This document shows, in pieces, positions 45,046 to 50,207 of a DNA stretch of 50,207 bases. The DNA comes from a virus (taxonomy: Duplodnaviria > Caudoviricetes), in IMG/VR virus record IMGVR_UViG_3300024310_000011, positions 1 through 50,207 of that record, one strand, 5' to 3'. Position numbers and translations under genes: made by a program. How positions within the stretch are numbered: the stretch's first letter is position 1; the number at the start of each line of letters is the position of its first letter. The notes under the pieces were generated by a model, which ran no database searches, was not told where the DNA came from, and saw only the letters and a program-made list of their open reading frames with translations.

Positions 45046-46142
45046 TTATCCCCCGCGGCGACATACGAAGCCCGATCTGGATTATTCTCCGTGAACCGTC
45101 CGAGGCTGACCTTGGTGCAGGCACACCCATTTCAGGTACAGAAGGATTCCTCCTTGACAAACTATTCGACGAGTTATCACTACCATCGCCGTATATAACT
45201 ACGATTGAACAAAACAGCCTCGTGACCTATGACACAACAAGAGACGGACTATATTCTTTTCTTCATTGGCTTACCACTCTGGATGTGCTTCCTCCGATTA
45301 TTGGACTATACGATAAACCGGCTTGTGAGTTATTTACACCGGAGACACGGAATTACAAGAAACCGTATGATACGAAGCTCGACAAATGGGCCGGGTCGCT
45401 CTTAGTATCGCCGTTGTTGAATTGGCAACACTACTGCATCCCACTGTGGCCGGTGTCTCAATTCTTTATAGACTGGTCTTACAGAGATATATATAAGTAT
45501 ATTGATCTGGGCCACCTAAAGGACGAATATGACGATTTTAAAAGCAATGGGGTTCTTACTCCTTTACCCGCTTATCGTATTACTACAAATCCTACTTTTA
45601 GTCAGGTGGTTGATTTCATTAGTCATTGCAGAGATGCAAACTACGTTGCTAGGGATATCGAGACTATTAGATTGCCCAAGTCAAAAAGAAGTGAGACGGG
45701 AGTTAGTGGACACATGTACACAGTTGCTCTCGCTCCCAGTAGTAGAGAAGCAATGTCTTTCCAACTCTGGAATTGGCCAAGAGAACAACGTACAAGAATC
45801 TGGTGGGGACTCAATGAGTTATATAAACACTGCAACACGATAGGCCAAAACTTCTTCCAATTCGATGCACATTACGAAGAGGCATACGGACTGGAGCCGA
45901 ACCTGACTACACTACACGACACTCGGCTTCGCCATCAACTATTATGGCCCGAATTACCACACTCGTTACAGTTTCAGACGAAGCAATATACGAGGCAAAA
46001 GTACTACAAAGACGAAGGTAAACAATGGAATCCTAAATATCTCGGTCAGCTACTGAACTACAATGCATTGGATACATTGGTTGATTATGAGATATTTGAG
46101 AAACAGGAGGAGGAGTTCCAAGAAAGACCTCACTTGATATGA
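45042..46142 (+). CDS. Degenerate UDG-like domain plus 3'-5' exonuclease (N-terminal half of a split PolA)
   Basis: ExoI DIET, ExoII GQNFFQFD, ExoIII YNALD; N-terminus aligns loosely with family-4 UDG. Confidence 0.85.
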   Translation: MIIPRGDIRSPIWIILREPSEADLGAGTPISGTEGFLLDKLFDELSLPSPYITTIEQNSLVTYDTTRDGLYSFLHWLTTLDVLPPIIGLYDKPACELFTPETRNYKKPYDTKLDKWAGSLLVSPLLNWQHYCIPLWPVSQFFIDWSYRDIYKYIDLGHLKDEYDDFKSNGVLTPLPAYRITTNPTFSQVVDFISHCRDANYVARDIETIRLPKSKRSETGVSGHMYTVALAPSSREAMSFQLWNWPREQRTRIWWGLNELYKHCNTIGQNFFQFDAHYEEAYGLEPNLTTLHDTRLRHQLLWPELPHSLQFQTKQYTRQKYYKDEGKQWNPKYLGQLLNYNALDTLVDYEIFEKQEEEFQERPHLI

Positions 46143-46318
46143 GCTACATAAGAGAAATTCCTTTCAAACCTACTAAGAAATGGCGCAAGAATTATGCCAA
46201 ATTCAAGTATAGTTTAAAGTTCTCTAAGAGAGAGTCTTTAGACTTTTTAATCATGGACTTAATAACTGAAGTTAGAAAAGAAGTCAAGAACGAACTAATT
46301 AAATGTTTAACAAAGTAA
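46139..46318 (+). CDS. 59-aa basic protein between the polymerase halves
   Basis: ATGA overlap; MSYIREIPFKPTKKW...CLTK*. Confidence 0.55.
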   Translation: MSYIREIPFKPTKKWRKNYAKFKYSLKFSKRESLDFLIMDLITEVRKEVKNELIKCLTK

Positions 46319-47790
46319 CCAACCAATACGTTCACGCTTTAGCCGCGGCGTATCACCGTATTGATAAGCGCGGCTTACTGATGGACACTATTGCACTGGA
46401 TAAACTACGAAACGAGGTCGTAAATGAAATTAGAAATCTTTGCACAATTCTTTCTACTAACTGGTCTATGTTGGTATATGTGGGAACGATACAGCCTAGT
46501 AGCCCCAATAAGACGACAACTGCCACAGTTAATATTAATGCTAGTAGTGGCAATAACAGCCTTCTTAATACTCTTAAAAGGCTTAGTTACAATGTTCCCT
46601 CTGTAAGAAAAAAGAACAAAGACAAAGAATGGGAGTTCAAAGAATCCGCAGACGAGTTGGCCCTACAAAAGATGTTCGCCGACACTGGTGACATCAACCT
46701 GAAACACCTAATGCGTATAAAGGAACTGGTGAAACTCCTTGGAACCTACATCAACGCCAGATTACATCGAAACGTATTCTATTCTAGTTATGGAGTATCT
46801 AGTACTGTCACCGGACGACGAGGGTGTAGTAAGCATCCTTTTGGCTTTGGGGGAAACGGACAAACCTTTCCGAGTCATACTTCTGATCCCCAAATCGGGC
46901 ACTTTACGCATGACTATCGCAGATGTATTATCGCGCGGCCAGGTTGTATCTTTTTCAGCGTAGATCAGAAATCGGCGGAGGAACATCCTCAAGCGGCACT
47001 TGCACAGAATGTACAGGCATTAAAGGAATTGCACAGTACAGAATGGCCTGAAAACGACCGACATACACGACTCGCGTCGTTCGTGTTTGGTGTACCCGTT
47101 GCGACGTATAGTAAGAAAGAATGGAAGGATACGGGTACTAACGCCGGTACAATGCGCTACGTAGGTGGAAAGAAGGCTCGTCATGCTAATGCGTATGGTA
47201 TGCGAAAGAATCGTTTTAGTGAAGTTCTTGCTAAAGAAGGCTTTTCGTTTACACCAGCCGCGTGTGAAGCTATACTAGACAAGGTGAATCAGTACGACCC
47301 GTCTGTTAAAAATGTGTATCACAAGTATGTACAGGATCAAATAACACAATGTCGAATGCTTGTCACTCCGTTAGGTCGTGAACGACAGTTTCTAGGCTTT
47401 CGTCCTAATAGTGATAACTGGGAGGTATGGAATGAGGCGTATTCGTATATTCCTCAGTCTGTTGTGGGTGACAACACAGGTATGGCTGTACTCTATCTTG
47501 ATTCCATTGCTGGACTTCAGTTTGTCGTGCAAGAATCCCACGATTCGATTGTTCAGGAGTTACCAGATACACTTGATAATCTTGAACATGTCTTTAATTG
47601 CACACAAAAGGCTTTTGAGAGAACAATTAGATTCGACAACGGAATCGACATCAACATTCCAATAGAGGCGAAGCTATCATACAACTTCGAGGATGAAATC
47701 GCGCTTAGTGATTACTCGATTGAGTCGCTTCGTGTGGCGTACAAAGAACTGAAAGAGAAGTATTCGAGAGATGAATGCCTCGTACCCTAG
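46303..47790 (+). CDS. polA: Family A DNA polymerase, polymerase domain
   Basis: TVTGR, motif A VDQKSAE, motif B KKARHANAYG, PQS, motif C HDS. Confidence 0.9.
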   Translation: MFNKVTNQYVHALAAAYHRIDKRGLLMDTIALDKLRNEVVNEIRNLCTILSTNWSMLVYVGTIQPSSPNKTTTATVNINASSGNNSLLNTLKRLSYNVPSVRKKNKDKEWEFKESADELALQKMFADTGDINLKHLMRIKELVKLLGTYINARLHRNVFYSSYGVSSTVTGRRGCSKHPFGFGGNGQTFPSHTSDPQIGHFTHDYRRCIIARPGCIFFSVDQKSAEEHPQAALAQNVQALKELHSTEWPENDRHTRLASFVFGVPVATYSKKEWKDTGTNAGTMRYVGGKKARHANAYGMRKNRFSEVLAKEGFSFTPAACEAILDKVNQYDPSVKNVYHKYVQDQITQCRMLVTPLGRERQFLGFRPNSDNWEVWNEAYSYIPQSVVGDNTGMAVLYLDSIAGLQFVVQESHDSIVQELPDTLDNLEHVFNCTQKAFERTIRFDNGIDINIPIEAKLSYNFEDEIALSDYSIESLRVAYKELKEKYSRDECLVP

Positions 47791-48974
47791 CTAACTGGAT
47801 CAACTCGTATCTCTCATTCGTGGAGGAAACGGAGTCTCCACTGTGCTACCATAAGTGGTGTGCCATCTCAGCATTGTGTTCAACCGTCAAACGTAGCATA
47901 TGGGTCGTCCGTGGGGTCACGATACCGAAACTACACGCGAATCAGTACATCATCTTAGTAGGGCCTCCAGCCGTAGGCAAGGGTGCTGCTATATTCCCGA
48001 TGCGCGAATTAGTCCGTCAGGCCAATACAGTTAACTATCTTCCCGATAGATGGACTGCGGAGCGCATCATAGAGAAGCTCTCGGTTGGATTTACTACGCC
48101 AACGATAGTAACCACCGGCGGAATTACGAAGGGGGTCTTAACACAAGACGCGAGTGCCACTATAATAAGCACCGAACTTCCCGTCTTTCTCGGAAGTTCG
48201 GATTGGATGTTGCCGTTTTTGTGCGACATGTGGGATCAAGGCAAGTACGAGTATCACACAAAGATGAAAGGGAATCATACTGTCGATAACTTGTGTACCA
48301 GTTTGATAGGCGGATGCGTACCTGATTATATTCGCCATGTTAACCACGATTCTCACGGCATTGTGACAGGGGGTTTCGCTTCACGTTGTATGTATGTTTA
48401 TGCTGACAAACCTGCGAAGGAATTGCCGTGGCAGTCTTCGAAACAAGGCTTGCAACTAGAGAAAGACTTAATAAACGATCTTCGACATATAGCTACATTG
48501 TCCGGCGAAGTACAATTCACGCCTGCCGCCAAAAATAAGTATGAACTGTTCTACCACTCGTGTGGGCAGAATGGTAAGTTTGAACAACAGGTAGTCGCAC
48601 ACTTCAAATCGAGGTCAAGAGTACATATTCTGAAGACAGCAATGGCGTTGTCGGTGGCAGACTCGGATGATTTACTGATACACTCTCGGCATATAGATGA
48701 GGCCGAAACACTTGTTAATCAAGTAAAAGACGATCTTGAGAAGACGTTTAGGTTTGTCGGCCAGAACCGTGAACTAGAAGCCACACAGAATATAATGGCA
48801 TATCTCGAATACAAAGGAAGTGCGTCACTTGAAGAGATAATGGCAAACAACTATCGCTTCTTGAGTGAAATGAGCACTGAGGGTTTAAGTAGAATCCTCG
48901 ACGTATTATGCACGATGCGCTTCTGTAGTCTGACGAAAGGGATGTATCGAGTGACACCTGGGAGGAAGCCGTGA
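47775..48974 (+). CDS. DUF3987-type P-loop helicase-like protein
   Basis: ETESP..YH.W, LVGPPAVGKG, LCDMWD, GGFASR. Confidence 0.8.
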   Translation: MPRTLANWINSYLSFVEETESPLCYHKWCAISALCSTVKRSIWVVRGVTIPKLHANQYIILVGPPAVGKGAAIFPMRELVRQANTVNYLPDRWTAERIIEKLSVGFTTPTIVTTGGITKGVLTQDASATIISTELPVFLGSSDWMLPFLCDMWDQGKYEYHTKMKGNHTVDNLCTSLIGGCVPDYIRHVNHDSHGIVTGGFASRCMYVYADKPAKELPWQSSKQGLQLEKDLINDLRHIATLSGEVQFTPAAKNKYELFYHSCGQNGKFEQQVVAHFKSRSRVHILKTAMALSVADSDDLLIHSRHIDEAETLVNQVKDDLEKTFRFVGQNRELEATQNIMAYLEYKGSASLEEIMANNYRFLSEMSTEGLSRILDVLCTMRFCSLTKGMYRVTPGRKP

Positions 48975-49267
48975 GTTTCACAAATCAAAGTAAAAATTCT
49001 CGAATAAGTCATTCTGTTGATTATGCCAATGGAACTTATATATTCAGAATTGAAACCAATCTTCTGAATATGTTGGATTTGGAGATGAAAGATTCTCTGA
49101 CTGAAGTTCTTAAAGAACAGGAATTTAAAGACAAAATCTATCAGGAGATAGAAGCATATCTTGCCAAAGCTGATGCTAAAGAAGTCTTGACACGCATGAT
49201 CGCAGAAGTTGTAAGTGAAACAATCAAGACAACAATTCTTGAACTCAAACAACAAGGAGTTATTTGA
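48971..49267 (+). CDS. Hypothetical protein
   Basis: GGAGG RBS, GTGA overlap. Confidence 0.65.
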   Translation: MSFTNQSKNSRISHSVDYANGTYIFRIETNLLNMLDLEMKDSLTEVLKEQEFKDKIYQEIEAYLAKADAKEVLTRMIAEVVSETIKTTILELKQQGVI

Positions 49268-49268
49268 C

Positions 49269-49484
49269 ATGATTGACAGCTTGGAGTACTACCACAACCG
49301 CGACAACAACGGCAACCTACAAACACAAGAATCACCACAGCCGATTGATGATCCATTTGAAGATTTAATGCAAGGGGATATAAATGATGAACCGGATGAT
49401 GAGGAAATCACCGAGGATGATGATGTGTATGGTGATCCTGATTATGACAGCGGTCGCACTGATGAAGAATTGGAGGAGAACTGA
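49269..49484 (+). CDS. Highly acidic small protein
   Basis: AAGGAG RBS; D/E-rich. Confidence 0.65.
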   Translation: MIDSLEYYHNRDNNGNLQTQESPQPIDDPFEDLMQGDINDEPDDEEITEDDDVYGDPDYDSGRTDEELEEN

Positions 49485-50207
49485 TGACTACAGGAATTGG
49501 TAATCAATTTGATCCCGGTGATCCACCTGATATTTCTAAAGGAGTTGGAAAACAGATGGCATCTGCTTTAGACGGTTTAACACTGAAAACTCCAGTAAAA
49601 CACGACCCTGTCCTCGCCCTAATCGAAGACAACTTCGCACTCGAAGCACTAGACAACTTTATCATCGTGCAAGAGGACAAGTTTCGGACAGGTTACGAGT
49701 GCAAGACGTGTGATGGGGAGGGACATAGTACAACCGTGTGTCCACAATGCAAAGGCTCAAAGATACGAGTCTTGTCTGATAAGTGTGATTCGTGTGAGGG
49801 TAAGGGCCGTGTTAATGATCTCTTCAGGGAGATAGGTGAACCGCAGAACATCATTAAACTAAAGAAATGTAAGGATTGTAATGGTAGTGGTAAACGTGAT
49901 CTCGGTAAAGCCGAACCGGGATTGTATCCTTGCAATGCTTGTATTGTGGTGACTGATCCGTATGGTACAGGCCGAGCTGTATCAAGCGGGTTTGTACCCT
50001 GTACGACTTGCAAGGGTAAGGCCGTTTCAGTAGTCGTCCCTGAAGACTCGCTGAGACGCCCCAACAGTGGTATCATTCGTAGTATCGGCCCAAAGGTGGG
50101 ATGGGATGATCGTGGCAACTACAATCCAGACCACATCAAATGTGGCGACCGCGTACTGTACAGCAACCACACCGGCTACGAAGTCTCGTTCAAACGACAG
50201 ATGAAGT
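49484..50207 (+). CDS. groES: GroES/Cpn10-like co-chaperonin with inserted DnaJ-type Zn finger (continues to 222; 265 aa)
   Basis: GGAGGAG RBS; LEALDNFIIVQ...[6x CxxC]...VVVPEDSLRRPNSGIIRSIGP...IKCGDRVLY. Confidence 0.85.
   Translation, partial: MTTGIGNQFDPGDPPDISKGVGKQMASALDGLTLKTPVKHDPVLALIEDNFALEALDNFIIVQEDKFRTGYECKTCDGEGHSTTVCPQCKGSKIRVLSDKCDSCEGKGRVNDLFREIGEPQNIIKLKKCKDCNGSGKRDLGKAEPGLYPCNACIVVTDPYGTGRAVSSGFVPCTTCKGKAVSVVVPEDSLRRPNSGIIRSIGPKVGWDDRGNYNPDHIKCGDRVLYSNHTGYEVSFKRQMK
50082..50207 (+). repeat. Terminal direct repeat (assembly overlap), copy 2
   Basis: Identical to 23-148. Confidence 0.95.

Larger units (their letters stand above)
1..50207. mobile_element. Complete (circularly permuted assembly) tailed dsDNA bacteriophage genome, podovirus-like, probably lytic
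   Basis: terL, portal, capsid and family-A polymerase genes; two divergent gene arms; 126-nt terminal overlap; no tape-measure, sheath or integrase recognised. Confidence 0.93.

Noticed and set aside
46143-46302. Group I intron or intein splitting the polymerase
   Set aside because: Only about 160 nt, filled by a coupled ORF, with no recognisable intron core or intein motifs
50082-50207. 126-nt terminal repeat as a biological direct terminal repeat
   Set aside because: It falls mid-gene and its length fits an assembler k-mer overlap; it shows circular assembly, not the virion ends

Overview
The window is an apparently complete, circularly assembled dsDNA tailed-phage genome of about 50.06 kb. 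Bases 50082-50207 repeat bases 23-148, and bases 1-25 are an inverted copy of 61-85. It has two arms. The minus-strand arm (about 880-28270) is the late/morphogenesis arm with podovirus-like order: HNH, terS, terL, portal, scaffold, major capsid, adaptor, split nozzle, ejection proteins, lysozyme-like protein, PurD-like ATP-grasp, tail fibre and membrane proteins. The plus-strand arm (28900 through the junction to about 800) is the early/replication arm: many small Zn-finger proteins, retropepsin, J-domain, vWA, FtsK, HAD phosphatase, PD-(D/E)XK nuclease, SLOG, AAA_24, SSB, split family-A DNA polymerase, DUF3987-type helicase and GroES. I see no integrase, RNA polymerase, primase, ribonucleotide reductase, tRNA or CRISPR array. 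The most unusual signals are: (1) a GroES co-chaperonin, missed by the ORF track because it crosses the junction, with a ~107-aa DnaJ-type Zn finger inserted in its mobile loop, plus a separate J-domain protein; (2) a phased array of NrdR-box-like operators abutting the early promoter; (3) a shared C-terminal helical tag on four unrelated proteins; (4) a PurD-like ligase cassette inside the virion module; (5) several long structured non-coding elements. All product calls come from motif recognition and gene order by eye; no searches were run.
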